64,000 nucleotides of DNA from an uncultured Acidobacteriota bacterium. Its GTDB lineage: Bacteria; Acidobacteriota; Vicinamibacteria; Vicinamibacterales; CAVVIG01. Position numbers and translations under genes: made by a program. Positions 1 through 10,672 of this stretch are shown in pieces (the stretch's first letter is position 1; every line of letters starts with the position of its first letter). The stretch lies in NCBI GenBank assembly GCA_963712905.1, contig CAVQJU010000006.1, positions 11,061 through 75,060 of the forward strand, given 5' to 3'. The notes under the pieces were generated by a model. That model was not told where the DNA came from. It was given only the letters and a program-made list of their open reading frames with translations, and made no database searches.

Positions 1-2190
1 AAACGGCGTCCCGATGTTCTGGTCGACGTGCCCGAGGCTCAAGGGGATCGGAGCGACCTTGACGCCTGGCAACGCGATCGTCACGCCGTTCACGGTCACA
101 GAAGTGGCCGCCAGGTTCGGCACGGTGTTGGTGAGGTACGCGGACGCCATCACATATCGCAGCGCAAGCTGGAGATCCTGTGGCACGCCGCCGCTGCACC
201 GCGTGTTGCCCAGGCAGTAGGGATTGAGCGTCGCGTTGTTCGAGGCGATGTTCATGAGAAGGCCGCCCGGCAAGAGCGGATTGCCGACCTGCCCGGCCCA
301 CCCGGCAAACGTGGCGTTATGGCCGGTGTCGTAGAACACCCCAAAGCCGCCGCGTATCGCCAGCCGCGCGGTGCCTCCTGGAGCCCAGGTGAATCCAAGG
401 CGCGGCGCGATGTTGCCGTTGTTCGGGTCTACGTGATTCAGATGGGTGTTATAGGGTGCGAGCATGGCGTCAACGGCGTCATTGATCGTCGAGAGCTTCG
501 CTTCCGCATCGTAGCGAAGGCCGAGTGACAGCGTCAGCTCTCGCCCCAGCCGCCAGGTGTCTTGCGCGAAGAGCCCATACTGGCTACCGCCCAGTTCCCA
601 CCCGGGATGCGCCCCTGGCTCGAAGTTCATGGCGTACCCGATCGGATAGGTCGTCGGGCTGGCAACGTTGAAGAGGGCGAGGCTCGCCATCGTGTAGCGG
701 CCGTTCTGATTCTGCGTCTCGACCACATGATTGACCGGACGCATGAACAGGCCTCCGAATTTCAGCGTGTGCGCCCCCCGAGTCGTCGAGAACGCCTCAT
801 TCACGAACCACCCCTCCTCGAAGGCGTCGCCCCACCGGCCATTGCAGCCGAGCGTTGGCCCGCCGGAGGGATAAACGATCGTTGGAGTATTGATGGCTGT
901 AAGGGACGTGGCCCATCCGAAAAGAGTCGGGGCCGCAAAACAACCGTTCTGAATGTGATTGCGCCGAAACTCCACCCGGCTGTCGAGGAGCGAGGAGGGC
1001 GACATCACCCACGTCCACGCCACCTGCGACGAATCGTTCAGTTGATACTGCGGACCGCGCGAGGCGGTCAGCGGCACGTTCGTCGCCGTCGCCGAGCCGT
1101 TGGCGGACTGATCGAAATTGCGGACGATGAGCCGCGGCGTGACAGTATGCGCAGGCCCTGCGCGATAGTCCACCTTCGCGAAGATCGAGTGAATGTCCGT
1201 GTCCTGGTTGACCGTGCCCACGGCCTGCGTGCCGGCGGCGTTGAGCGACACGTCCGGTACGGTGTTCACGAAAATCGGCGAGATCGAGACCGGTACGTTG
1301 GTCAGCGAGTGATTGAACTCATAGCCGGCAAAATACAACAGCCGGTCCTTCACGAGAGGCCCCCCCAGTTGCACCCCACTACGCTGCTGCCCGAACGGGG
1401 CCTTGCTCGTCGCATTCCACAGCCGCGCGTTCAACGCGTCGTCTTGAAAGTACCCGAACACGCGGCCCTCGGTCCGGTTGGTCCCCGAACGCGTGACGGC
1501 GTTGATCACTCCATTCTGTGCGGCCCCGAATTCGGCCGGGAACTGGCTGCTCAGGACGCTGAACTCCTGAACCCAGTCTTGAACGAGCGGAATGGCGGCG
1601 CCTCCCAGGGTCGGTGCCTGCATCGACGTACCGTCCACCTGGAACCCCGTGCCGTTGGTCGGTCCATTGCCAATCGTGACGTTGTTGGCCGTCACTGTGA
1701 CGCCGGGTGACAGCGTCGCCAGTTGGGTGAAGTCGCGGGTGAGGCTCGGGAGCCGGTCCACCTCTTCCGTGCGCACGACCCGCGTCAGGGCGTTCGAGTC
1801 AGTCTGGACGACGGGGCTCTCCGCGGTGACTTCAACCGTTTCGCTGACCGCGCCGATCTTCAGCTTGAAGTCGAGCGCTGCAGCCTGGCCCACTTGAAAC
1901 TGCTGCGCGCGTTGCACGACCGTGACGAACGCCTGAAGCTCGGCACGGACGTCGTACGGTCCTGGAGGCAGGCCCAGAACGGTATAGCGCCCGGCGCGGT
2001 CGGTCGTCGCGGTTCGCACGAGTCCGGTCGCGACGTTGCTCGCGGTCACCGTCGCGCCGGGCAACGCGCCGCCGGTGTCATCGGTCACGACGCCTGCGAG
2101 CGTCACCGTATTGGTCTGCGCGCCCACCACGGACGTGCAGAACATGCAGGAGAGGACGAGAGCGGACAAAACGAACTGACGCGGTCTCAT
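1..2190 (-). CDS. TonB-dependent receptor with N-terminal carboxypeptidase-regulatory-like domain (runs off the window 3' end)
   Basis: Manual translation from ATG 2190 (RBS AAGGAG): MRPRQFVLSALVLSC...LAGVVTDDTGGALPGATVTASNVATGLVRTATTDRAGRY; plug motif VQEFSVLSSQFPAEFG...VINAVTRSGTN; same frame at bases 60-1. Not in the ORF track because it has no stop in the window. Confidence 0.9.
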   Translation of the reverse strand, partial: MRPRQFVLSALVLSCMFCTSVVGAQTNTVTLAGVVTDDTGGALPGATVTASNVATGLVRTATTDRAGRYTVLGLPPGPYDVRAELQAFVTVVQRAQQFQVGQAAALDFKLKIGAVSETVEVTAESPVVQTDSNALTRVVRTEEVDRLPSLTRDFTQLATLSPGVTVTANNVTIGNGPTNGTGFQVDGTSMQAPTLGGAAIPLVQDWVQEFSVLSSQFPAEFGAAQNGVINAVTRSGTNRTEGRVFGYFQDDALNARLWNATSKAPFGQQRSGVQLGGPLVKDRLLYFAGYEFNHSLTNVPVSISPIFVNTVPDVSLNAAGTQAVGTVNQDTDIHSIFAKVDYRAGPAHTVTPRLIVRNFDQSANGSATATNVPLTASRGPQYQLNDSSQVAWTWVMSPSSLLDSRVEFRRNHIQNGCFAAPTLFGWATSLTAINTPTIVYPSGGPTLGCNGRWGDAFEEGWFVNEAFSTTRGAHTLKFGGLFMRPVNHVVETQNQNGRYTMASLALFNVASPTTYPIGYAMNFEPGAHPGWELGGSQYGLFAQDTWRLGRELTLSLGLRYDAEAKLSTINDAVDAMLAPYNTHLNHVDPNNGNIAPRLGFTWAPGGTARLAIRGGFGVFYDTGHNATFAGWAGQVGNPLLPGGLLMNIASNNATLNPYCLGNTRCSGGVPQDLQLALRYVMASAYLTNTVPNLAATSVTVNGVTIALPGVKVAPIPLSLGHVDQNIGTPF

Positions 2191-2206
2191 GCATCGCTCC
2201 TTCTTG

Positions 2207-2587
2207 TCATTTCGCGGCCTCTCCTCCGACCGGGTGACCTTCGGCGTCCAGCACGGCGAGCATCAGCCCGAAGCGGGCGCCGTTCCTGGCGGGGTTCGCC
2301 GTGACCGTGACCTCGTCGCCGAACTTCAGCGAATTCTTCGTCCAGCCGTTGCGCCGGAGGACGCTGGGACTGATCATCTCGAAGGACCATTCCTCGTCCG
2401 GCCCGTTCGCGATCTTTCCCTTCACCACCAGCCACGCATGCGGATTGGTCCACTGGAATTCGGCGACCCGTCCCTTCACCGTGACCTCACGCGACTGGTC
2501 GAACGCCGCGAACGAGTGATGAGCGACGACAGGAACGCCAGCCCCCAGGAACAACGCCACCACCACCAGACAAGACCGAATGCCCAT
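2207..2587 (-). CDS. DUF6152 family exported protein
   Basis: Signal peptide then AHHSFAAFD...VKGRVAEFQWTNPH...GW...LKFGDEVTV pattern. Confidence 0.85.
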   Translation of the reverse strand: MGIRSCLVVVALFLGAGVPVVAHHSFAAFDQSREVTVKGRVAEFQWTNPHAWLVVKGKIANGPDEEWSFEMISPSVLRRNGWTKNSLKFGDEVTVTANPARNGARFGLMLAVLDAEGHPVGGEAAK

Positions 2588-2825
2588 CGGGCCTCCTCCC
2601 GCGAATACGGAATGCGCGTCAGGACCCAGCCAGAATCAGGGGCGACTGGCACGCGACGCGTGGAGGGACCTTACGGCGTCGATGGCGCGCGCGTCCTTCC
2701 CGTCCTCTGAATGCTTCGGAATAGTTCTGAACCGGAGGCCGGAATACTCGTGAAACGCGCCAGGCAGTACGACCGCGCCGCCGCCTACAAGGTGGAAAGG
2801 GGCGAAAAGGGACGGAGATTCTGGG

Positions 2826-5246
2826 TCAGCGATGATCGAAGCCGTCGAGCACCCAGATGCTCGACGATACTTCGCTGAGGGGCACGATCAGCCGGTCGCC
2901 GCCGGCCGAGACGCCGAGTTGCCTGAGGCGAGAGGGAATGGCCTGGGAGGAGCGGGCAAACGTGGTCACCTGGAACGGCGCTCCAACCGGCTCGCCGGTT
3001 ACGGGATGAAGGCGGCAACCCCAGAGGTTGAAGAACCCGGTGCGGTTCGACAGAAAATACAACGTTCCGCCGTCAGGAGACCAGCGCGGGTGATCATCGA
3101 AGGAACTGCCATCGGTGATCGAGCGCGACGCGCCGCTCTCGACATCGACAATGTGAACGGCCGAGGATCCCGCCCTGGCCACGACAAACGCCACCCATCG
3201 CTGATTGGGCGAGAGCCGCGCGAGGCGAAGATACCCGTCGCGCACGCTGGCCAACGAGCGGACACGATTCCCGGTGTGCGAGGGATCGGCGAGCACGAGT
3301 CGAACCTCGGAGAGCCCCGCCGGGCTGCGCCCTCCGCCCAGCAACCAGCGGCCATCCGGGGCCCAGTCGAACACATAGTCCAGCGTCCCGGCCACCGACT
3401 GGACGACGTGCTCGTTCCCGCCGAGCAGATCGGCGGACACCACCTCGTGCCGCGGCGGCACATCCCGCGTGTAGAACACTTCGCGGCCGTCGGCCGCCCA
3501 TCGCAGCACCGACCTGCCCCGCTGGTCGCCCTTCACGAGCAAGCTATCGGCGCCCGTTTGCAGATCGCGCACCCGCACAGCGTCAACGTCGCCCTGCTGA
3601 GCCGTGTACACCACACGCGAGCCATCCGGCGACACATCCGGCGACAACGCGTCAAAGGCCTCCGACGTCAGCGGCTGTCCCGCGCCGAGCAACTGCCCCA
3701 TCCGCGGGTCGAACGGGAACGACCACAGGCGCACACGTTCGCGCCGCGAGACAAAGGCGAGGCGCGTCCCGTCCCGTGAGAGCTGCGGCCTCGCATTGCG
3801 ATCGGACGACGTGGTCAACCGCTCGGGTCCCCGCGTCCAGGCGAGCGTCCGCGGATCGACGCCGACTTTCCAAAGGTTGTGCACGCCGCGCGACACACCT
3901 TCGAACACCAGAGCATCGCCTCGAGGCGACCAGCCGAACGCAGTGGGTGTGCCGTCGACTTCCCTGAAGCTCAAGACGCTGCGTTCGAGCTCCGCCAGCA
4001 CACCGGGAGCGGTGGCCGATTGCACGATACCGGTTCCATCCAGAGCGACCGTCCAGAAGCCGGGCCCGGTGCCTGGACGCACGCCCCACACCGAGACATG
4101 CCGCGAGTCGGGATGCCACGCAAATCGAAGCGTGGTGAACCGGCCCAGAAATTCTTCGAGCACAGGTCGAGGGGGAGTGCCGTCGAGGGCCGAGAGGTAC
4201 AGCTGTGCTGGACCCCAGTCCGAACGCGTAAACAGAATCGACGAGCCGTCGGGCGACCACTTCGGAGAGGTCCCGAACGGCGCAATCTCCTGGACAGCTC
4301 CACCCGTGCTCGACATCACACGAATGCCGCCGCCGGCTCCCAGTGTGGCGAACGCGAGCCGCTTGCCGTCTGGCGACCAGTCCGGTTCCACATCCGGCGA
4401 CGCCGACTGCGTCAGCGCCACGGCCGGTCCACCATCCACCGGCTTGAGCCAGATGTCCTCGTACCCGGATCGATCCGAGCTGTACGCGATCCTCAACCCG
4501 TCCGGCGACCACGCTGGATCGGTCTGTACGCCCTTGTCGAACGTCAACTGCCAGAGAAGGCTCGGCGAAGAACCCGGCGCAGGTACGCCGCCGCCAACAG
4601 TCATCTTGCCGATGATGGCGCCGAGCACGACGGCTCCAACCGCGGCGAACAGCGCAGAGCGGACACCGACACGGCGCGGCGGCTGGCGCAGATTGGCCGG
4701 GCCCGCGGGAAGTGGCTCCTGAGCGGCCTCCCGCTCTTCGACCTGCGCACCGAACCGGTAGCCAGTGCCGGGTACGGTGACGATGTATCGATGCGAGCCC
4801 GGCGTGTCCTCGAGCACCTTCCGGAGCAGCGAGACCTGCTTGGTCAGATTGCTCTCCTCCACGAGCAGACCGCGCCAGGCCTCGCGAAGGAAGTCCTCCT
4901 TCTCCACGACCCGGTCGCGGTGCCGAATGAGCGTGACGAGGGTGTCGAAGGCCCTGGAACCCAGGGGAACCGCGCGACTGTCGCGAAGCAGGGTTCGATT
5001 GACCGTGTCGACCGTGAACGGAGGAAACACGAAGAAACGAGGAAGGCGATCCGGGTGAGTTACCGAATCCTGGCCCCGCACAGGCGCGATTCTACTCGAA
5101 AGCCCTAACGGTTGGGAGTCCTCCGCTATGGGAGGCATCGCATCCGGATCTTGGTGCAAGACGACCCCAGATTCGTGAGCGCTGGACTTAGGTGGCGTGC
5201 CACTCGCTGACGCACGGGCCGCCGCTGTCTGCTCGTTGAGCGGCAC
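2826..5246 (-). CDS. CadC/OmpR-type winged-helix regulator with one TM segment and periplasmic TolB-like PD40 beta-propellers
   Basis: VEESNLTKQVSLLRKVL...IVTVPGTGYRF (Trans_reg_C), hydrophobic segment, repeated P.WSPDG motifs; true start may be downstream of 5246. Confidence 0.88.
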   Translation of the reverse strand: MPLNEQTAAARASASGTPPKSSAHESGVVLHQDPDAMPPIAEDSQPLGLSSRIAPVRGQDSVTHPDRLPRFFVFPPFTVDTVNRTLLRDSRAVPLGSRAFDTLVTLIRHRDRVVEKEDFLREAWRGLLVEESNLTKQVSLLRKVLEDTPGSHRYIVTVPGTGYRFGAQVEEREAAQEPLPAGPANLRQPPRRVGVRSALFAAVGAVVLGAIIGKMTVGGGVPAPGSSPSLLWQLTFDKGVQTDPAWSPDGLRIAYSSDRSGYEDIWLKPVDGGPAVALTQSASPDVEPDWSPDGKRLAFATLGAGGGIRVMSSTGGAVQEIAPFGTSPKWSPDGSSILFTRSDWGPAQLYLSALDGTPPRPVLEEFLGRFTTLRFAWHPDSRHVSVWGVRPGTGPGFWTVALDGTGIVQSATAPGVLAELERSVLSFREVDGTPTAFGWSPRGDALVFEGVSRGVHNLWKVGVDPRTLAWTRGPERLTTSSDRNARPQLSRDGTRLAFVSRRERVRLWSFPFDPRMGQLLGAGQPLTSEAFDALSPDVSPDGSRVVYTAQQGDVDAVRVRDLQTGADSLLVKGDQRGRSVLRWAADGREVFYTRDVPPRHEVVSADLLGGNEHVVQSVAGTLDYVFDWAPDGRWLLGGGRSPAGLSEVRLVLADPSHTGNRVRSLASVRDGYLRLARLSPNQRWVAFVVARAGSSAVHIVDVESGASRSITDGSSFDDHPRWSPDGGTLYFLSNRTGFFNLWGCRLHPVTGEPVGAPFQVTTFARSSQAIPSRLRQLGVSAGGDRLIVPLSEVSSSIWVLDGFDHR

Positions 5247-5254
5247 TCCAAGAA

Positions 5255-5275
5255 CGGTACGACTGAATCGTACCG
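5255..5275. promoter_or_regulatory. Perfect inverted repeat CGGTACGA-N5-TCGTACCG, candidate operator
   Basis: Seen directly, just upstream of the wHTH-TolB regulator. Confidence 0.35.
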
Positions 5276-5431
5276 GAATCGTCGGAGAGCGAGTGATGTG
5301 AGTCAGGTCACCGAAATCTGCTCATCGTCGCGTGCCTCGTACTCGAGCAACGGCACGAAATTGATGGGTTGTGTTTGTCCAGCTCCGACGGCTGCATCGC
5401 GCGGCGCTCGCCCAGCGTCGCGTCAGGTCCG

Positions 5432-5475
5432 TTGAATTATGCGTGACGTAACGCATAACGTGTGGCATTATACAC
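5432..5475 (+). promoter_or_regulatory. higBA promoter/operator palindrome TTATGCGT-N6-ACGCATAA
   Basis: 22-bp near-perfect palindrome at 5437-5458 overlapping a TTGAAT -35-like hexamer, directly before higB; typical TA autorepression. Confidence 0.65.
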
Positions 5476-5478
5476 AGG

Positions 5479-5763
5479 GTGATCATCAGCTATCGCGACG
5501 GGCGAACGGCTGACTTCGCCGCCGGGAAGCGTGTCAAGGCGCTGGCGGGCATCGACCGTCCCGCCCGTCTCAAGCTGGATCGGGTCGAGGCGGCACACAC
5601 GCTGAAGGATCTCGCGGCATTGCCCGGCAATCGCTTCGAGGCCTTGAAGGGCGACCGAAAGGGCCAGTACAGCATTCGGATCAACGACCAATGGCGGATC
5701 TGCTTTGAGTGGCCGGACAAATCGGCTGGACCAACGAACGTGGAGATTGTGGATTACCACTAG
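5479..5763 (+). CDS. higB: HigB toxin (RelE/ParE superfamily, plasmid-killer type)
   Basis: LPGNRFEALKGDRKGQYSIRINDQWRICFEW...VEIVDYH. Confidence 0.95.
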   Translation: MIISYRDGRTADFAAGKRVKALAGIDRPARLKLDRVEAAHTLKDLAALPGNRFEALKGDRKGQYSIRINDQWRICFEWPDKSAGPTNVEIVDYH

Positions 5764-5772
5764 GGAGCACAC

Positions 5773-6075
5773 ATGGCACGCATGGCAATTCACCCAGGGG
5801 AGCACCTGGCCGAGGAACTTGACGCCCTGAAGATGAGTGCGGCTGAACTGGCGCGGCGGCTCAGGGTGCCCACGAATCGCGTGACGGAGATTCTGCACGG
5901 CCAGCGGGCCATTACCGGCGACACGGCGCTCCGACTCGCTCACTTCTTCGGGACGAGCGCCGAGTTCTGGCTCAACCTTCAGAGTCTGTATGAGCTACGG
6001 TTGGCCGAGGCCAAGACCGGCAAGGCCATCAAGAAACTGCCGACCCTGAAACATCTCAACGAGGCCCATGCCTGA
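5773..6075 (+). CDS. higA: HigA antitoxin (HTH_3)
   Basis: IHPGEHLAEEL...RAITGDTALRLAHFFGTSAEFWLNLQSLYEL; toxin-first gene order. Confidence 0.95.
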   Translation: MARMAIHPGEHLAEELDALKMSAAELARRLRVPTNRVTEILHGQRAITGDTALRLAHFFGTSAEFWLNLQSLYELRLAEAKTGKAIKKLPTLKHLNEAHA

Positions 6076-6167
6076 GCGAACCGCCGTCAGCGCCGGGCGC
6101 ACACGACATGTCTCTTTCTCTTCTCTGCGCCCGGCCTCGGCGACTCATCGTTCACGAGTGATCGACG

Positions 6168-6237
6168 TTTGCTGTGGGCGTTTTTGTGGGCGCCCGAGAT
6201 AGTCAGAGCGTGAGAGAGCGTGTAAGAGGGTGACACT
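6168..6237 (+). repeat. 70-bp element-end repeat, copy 1 (contains paired TGTGGGCG arm-like sites)
   Basis: 67/70 identical to 35833-35902, same orientation. Confidence 0.9.
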
Positions 6238-6311
6238 CATCTGATCCGCTAAACGACTGCTCTGGCAGGAATAGCATTGTTTTCCGCCGTCAAAGGCTGC
6301 AACCTGTGACA

Positions 6312-6357
6312 CCCTTTCAAGGCCAACACACGGGTTCGAATCCCGTTGGGGACGCCA
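6312..6357 (+). mobile_element. 3' fragment of tRNA-Glu(TTC), att-site core of an integrative element
   Basis: CC-CTTTCAA-GGCC anticodon loop, T-arm ACGGG-TTCGAAT-CCCGT, acceptor 3' strand TGGGGAC-G-CCA; 5' half (D-arm, acceptor 5' strand) absent. Confidence 0.88.
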
Positions 6358-6490
6358 TTTGCTGAGAAATACCTAGCGAAATGGCCGCACCGAATCCCCT
6401 CGACGCCAGGCCTCGCAGGGCCAACACACAATCACGCGCCCACGGAAGATCTGGCGAGCTTTCGCGGAGTCATGAAAACGACGCCAGCAC

Positions 6491-6511
6491 TGTGGGCGCT
6501 TTTGTGGGCGC
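6491..6511 (+). repeat. Second pair of TGTGGGCG arm-like sites
   Basis: TGTGGGCGCTTTTGTGGGCGC vs TGTGGGCGTTTTTGTGGGCGC at 6173-6193. Confidence 0.75.
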
Positions 6512-6520
6512 AGCTTCGTG

Positions 6521-6721
6521 TCAGTGCGGCCGTTCGCCGCGAACGCCGGCTTTGCGAAGAATCGTCATCATCGGACACCACTGCGTAAATGCCGATTGAA
6601 ACAGGTTCAGTCCCACAAACAGCGTGAACCACAGGAAGTTGGGGTTGACGTAGATCCCCAGCAGGACACTCGCAGCCACGAAGCCGCCGGCAATCATCCG
6701 AAGCGAACGTTCGATAGTCAT
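6521..6721 (-). CDS. YgaP-like DUF2892 membrane protein
   Basis: [12 protein letters not shown]...[18 protein letters not shown]. Confidence 0.9.
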   Translation of the reverse strand: MTIERSLRMIAGGFVAASVLLGIYVNPNFLWFTLFVGLNLFQSAFTQWCPMMTILRKAGVRGERPH

Positions 6722-6742
6722 GATGGTTCCTCATAGTTTGGT

Positions 6743-7481
6743 TCAACGTGTCGGAATAAACAGCACGGGCAGTTGGCAGGCGCCGAGCACCTTCGCCACC
6801 GAATCCGTAATGCCCCACGACGGACGATCGTGGCTGGTCGCGATGACCACCAGCGACGCCCGCTGCATGACGCCGGCTTCGCATTTCGCGATCGGCCCTC
6901 CTTCGATGAGGCTGCCGCTCGCAATGGTCGCGAGGTGTTCAACGCAGGCGCGTGCGGCCGGCTCGGCATAGCCGTCCGTCCTGCACGAACGCGATGCGCT
7001 CGAAGAGCTCGCGCGCGGACGTGGTCGCCGCCCGTGTGACGAGAACAGGAATCGTCGCGGCGCGTACGACCCGCTCGGCCACCGAACCCAGCCACCAGCG
7101 TCCCGGCCCCCGGCGGCCATGCGTTCCGGCGATGATCAGGTCCGCCATCGCCGCCCCGCCGAGGATCGCGTCGACGGGAGGTTCGTCCACAACGAGAGAT
7201 TCGACTTTGTATGCCGCGGCCTCGGCGGCGAACTGCGCCAGGTGATCGGCGGCGGCCGCCTGTGCCACGCGCCGCTCGGCCTCCAGTCGCGCGATCTGTT
7301 CGAGCGTGAAGTAGGGTGGTGGCTCGAACCGCTCGGCATGCAGCGCGCGGAGCCGTGCGCCAAAGGCCGACGCCACCACTCCGCCGATGGCCAGCGCTCG
7401 CGCCGACGCGTCGCCGAAGTCTACGGCCACAAGCACCGTCTTCGGCGGACACTGCCAATGGGCCGCCGGTAAGGAGCTCAT
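6743..7481 (-). CDS. Universal stress protein (tandem USP), frameshifted near 6970
   Basis: [11 protein letters not shown]...GTHGRRG...[16 protein letters not shown] in one frame; C-terminal [13 protein letters not shown] in another. Confidence 0.8.
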
Positions 7482-10400
7482 GACGCGGCCTCCAGTGGCG
7501 CGGCGACAGTATTCTGGACAGTGGTTTCGTGGCGCTTCGCCATGTAGTAGAGGACAGGGACGGCCATGCGCGACAGCAGGAGCGACGCTACCTCGCCGGC
7601 CATCAGCGAAATGGCCAGGCCTTGAAAGATCGGATCGAACAGGATCACACCCGCTCCGACGATGACGGCTGCCGCGGTGAGGGCCATCGGACGGAACCTC
7701 ACCGCGCCGGCGTCAACCACCGCCTGTTCGAGCGGCGCACCGTCGCGAAGCCGCAGCTCGATGAAGTCCACCAGGATGATCGAGTTGCGCACCACGATAC
7801 CCGCGCCCGCGATGAACCCGATCATCGACGTCGCGGTGAAGAAGGCACCCATCGCCGCATGCGCCGGCAGGATGCCGACGAGCGAGAAGGGGATCGCGGC
7901 CATGATGAGGAGCGGCGTCTTGAACGACTGAAACCAGCCGACGACGAGCACGTAGATGAGCAGGAGCACCGCCGCGAAGGCGAGACCCAGGTCCCTGAAG
8001 ACTTCGATGGTGATGTGCCATTCGCCATCCCACTTCATCGCGTAGTTGGAGGTGTCGAACGGCTGGGTCGCGTTGAACACGTCCAGCCCGTAACCCTCGG
8101 GCAGCCTCAGACGCGCGATGGCCTTGTTCATCTCGAGGATGGCGTAGACCGGGCTCTCGTTGTGTCCGGCGAGATCGCCCGTGACGTAGGTCACCGCCTG
8201 CAGGTTCTTGTGATACAGGCTCGGGTCTTCCTGCGTGCGCACGACCCGGGTAAGCTCGCCGACCGCCACGGGCTTCGTCCCGCTCAGCCGCAGCGATTGA
8301 ATCGCCTCGAGACTGCGGTCGGCGCGCGGCAGACGAAGGACGATCGGGACGTCCTCGCGTGCCTGCGCATCGTGCAGCAGTCCGGCGATCTCGCCCGAGC
8401 CGGCCATCCGGACGACCGACGCCACGGCGGTCGACGACAGTCCTGCTGCCGCGGCTTTCTCACCGTCCACCACGAGCGTGACCTTCGGGTGCGGCGCTTC
8501 GACGTACCAGTCGGTATCCACGACGCCGGGCGTCTGCTCGAAGATCGCCTTGACCTGCGCCGCCACCTCCGTCCGGCGGGCCGCATCGGGCCCGTAGACT
8601 TCGGCCACCAGCGTCTGGAGCACGGGTGGTCCCGGCGGGACCTCGGCCACCTGCAGCGTGGCCCCGAACGACCGGGCAATGGGCAGCAGCCGGTCGCGCA
8701 CGCGCCGCGCCACGTCGTGGCTCTGCGCCGACCGCTCGCCTTTCGGCACGAGGTTGACCTGCAGGTCGGCCAGGTGCGGAGCCCGGCGCAGAAAGTAGTG
8801 ACGCACGAGCCCGTTGAAGTTGTACGGCGCCGACGTCCCGACGTACTGCTCCACGTTGACGACGGTCTCGTCCTCCAGGGTGGCCGAGGCCAGGGCGGAG
8901 GCGACACGCGCCGTGGTTTCGAGGGCCGTGCCCTCCGGCATGTCGACCATCACCTGGAACTCGTTCTTGTTGTCGAAGGGCAGCATCTTGACCGTCACCA
9001 GCTCGAGCGGCACGAGCGCCATGGCGGCCAGCAGCAGCGCCGCGACGCCTGCGAGAAACAGCGCGCGCATCCGGCCGCTCGCGATGAGCGGTCCCATCAC
9101 CCGCCGATAGAGACGTGTAAAGAGATCCTCCTCGCCATGGTCGTGATGGGCCGCCGGTTTCAGGAGTCGCACCGACGCCCACGGTGTGACCAGAAAGGCC
9201 ACGACGAGCGAGATGACCATCGCCGCCGACGCGCCGACCGGAATCGGCCGCATGTACGGGCCCATCAGGCCGCCAACGAAGGCCATGGGCAGAATGGCCG
9301 CCACCACGGCGAGCGTCGCCAGGATGGTGGGGTTGCCCACCTCGTCCACGGCGCGAATCGTCACGGCGGCCAGTCCGTTCGACTCGCCCGTGCTCAGCTT
9401 CGCGTGCCGCACGATGTTCTCCACCACCACGATCGCATCGTCCACGAGGATGCCGATCGAGAAGATCAGGGCGAACAGCGTGATGCGATTGAGCGTGTAG
9501 CCGTACAGAAAGAACATGAACAACGTCAGCGCCAGCGTGACCGGAATCGCGATGAGCACCACCGCCGCTTCGCGCCGGCCGAGCACGAGCCAGATGAGCG
9601 CCGACACCGAGAGCACCGCGAGCAGCATGTGCCACAGGAGCTCGTTGCTCTTCTCGGCGGCCGTCTCGCCGTAGTCGCGCGTGATCGCGAGATGCACGTC
9701 GGACGGGACGAGCGTCCCTTTCAGCGTGTCGAGCTTCTGGATCACGTGGTGCGCCACGTCGATGGCGTTGGTGCCCTTGCGCTTGGCCACGGCGATCGTG
9801 ACCGCCGGATGGGCGCCTCCCTCGCGTGATTGATAGGTCACATAGGCGGTGGGCTCGGCATCGCCGTCCGCGACCTCGGCGAGATCGCTCACGAGCACGG
9901 GACGGCCGCTGGCGGCGCTGACGACGACGCGACGAACATCGTCGGCCGTCCGCAGCCGGTTGCCGGCTTCGAGGCCGGTGATCTGCCCGCCCATGACGGG
10001 CCCCGACGCGGTGCCGCGCGCGTTGGTCGCGCCGATCGCGCGCTGAACCGCCAGCGGGTCCAGCCCGTAGGCGGCGAGCCGGGCTGGATCGACGTCCACC
10101 CGCAGCTGACGCGGTCGGCCGCCGATCAGCGTCACCTCGGACACGTCGGTGACTTCCGCGATGGCGTCGCGCAGTTGCGCGGCCAGTGCCCGCAGCTGGT
10201 CGTCGCCGTAGCGCGCCGACCACACCGTCACGGCCAGGATCGGCACGTCGTCGATCGAACGGGGCTTCACGATCGGGCCGATGACGCCGGGCGGGATGCG
10301 ATCGGCGTTGGCCGCGAGTTTCTGATTGAGCCGGACGAGGGCCGGCTCTTCGGCCTCACCGACCCTGAAGCGGACGACCACCATCGACTGGCCGGCGCTC

Positions 10401-10672
10401 GAGGTCGAGTACACGTACTCGACGCCGGGCACCTCCCAGAGGAGTTGCTCCATCGGCCGCGTCACCCGCTGTTCCACGTCGGCCGGCGTCGCGCCCGGCA
10501 TCTCCACGAACACGTCCACCATCGGGACGATGATCTGCGGCTCCTCTTCCCGAGGCAGCGCCACGACCGCCAGCACGCCGAGCGCCATCGAGGCCGCGAT
10601 GAAGAGCGGGGTCAGCTTCGAGTGGATGAACGCCGCCGCCAGCCGTCCGGCCGCGCCGTAGGAGATCGCCAT
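7478..10672 (-). CDS. RND efflux permease (AcrB/CusA superfamily)
   Basis: 1064 aa; [41 protein letters not shown]. Confidence 0.95.
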   Translation of the reverse strand: MAISYGAAGRLAAAFIHSKLTPLFIAASMALGVLAVVALPREEEPQIIVPMVDVFVEMPGATPADVEQRVTRPMEQLLWEVPGVEYVYSTSSAGQSMVVVRFRVGEAEEPALVRLNQKLAANADRIPPGVIGPIVKPRSIDDVPILAVTVWSARYGDDQLRALAAQLRDAIAEVTDVSEVTLIGGRPRQLRVDVDPARLAAYGLDPLAVQRAIGATNARGTASGPVMGGQITGLEAGNRLRTADDVRRVVVSAASGRPVLVSDLAEVADGDAEPTAYVTYQSREGGAHPAVTIAVAKRKGTNAIDVAHHVIQKLDTLKGTLVPSDVHLAITRDYGETAAEKSNELLWHMLLAVLSVSALIWLVLGRREAAVVLIAIPVTLALTLFMFFLYGYTLNRITLFALIFSIGILVDDAIVVVENIVRHAKLSTGESNGLAAVTIRAVDEVGNPTILATLAVVAAILPMAFVGGLMGPYMRPIPVGASAAMVISLVVAFLVTPWASVRLLKPAAHHDHGEEDLFTRLYRRVMGPLIASGRMRALFLAGVAALLLAAMALVPLELVTVKMLPFDNKNEFQVMVDMPEGTALETTARVASALASATLEDETVVNVEQYVGTSAPYNFNGLVRHYFLRRAPHLADLQVNLVPKGERSAQSHDVARRVRDRLLPIARSFGATLQVAEVPPGPPVLQTLVAEVYGPDAARRTEVAAQVKAIFEQTPGVVDTDWYVEAPHPKVTLVVDGEKAAAAGLSSTAVASVVRMAGSGEIAGLLHDAQAREDVPIVLRLPRADRSLEAIQSLRLSGTKPVAVGELTRVVRTQEDPSLYHKNLQAVTYVTGDLAGHNESPVYAILEMNKAIARLRLPEGYGLDVFNATQPFDTSNYAMKWDGEWHITIEVFRDLGLAFAAVLLLIYVLVVGWFQSFKTPLLIMAAIPFSLVGILPAHAAMGAFFTATSMIGFIAGAGIVVRNSIILVDFIELRLRDGAPLEQAVVDAGAVRFRPMALTAAAVIVGAGVILFDPIFQGLAISLMAGEVASLLLSRMAVPVLYYMAKRHETTVQNTVAAPLEAAS

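Noticed and set aside
562-2304. Long + strand ORFs (382 aa, 193 aa) and similar antisense ORFs such as 7529-9829 and 9830-11485
   Set aside because: Shadow frames opposite real high-GC genes, Arg/His-rich with no recognisable motifs.
6290-6357. Intact tRNA-Glu gene
   Set aside because: No acceptor 5' strand or D-arm; only the anticodon loop onward matches.
6249-6431. ORF containing GVPNGIRTRVLALKG
   Set aside because: It is the reverse-complement translation of the tRNA-Glu fragment, not a protein.
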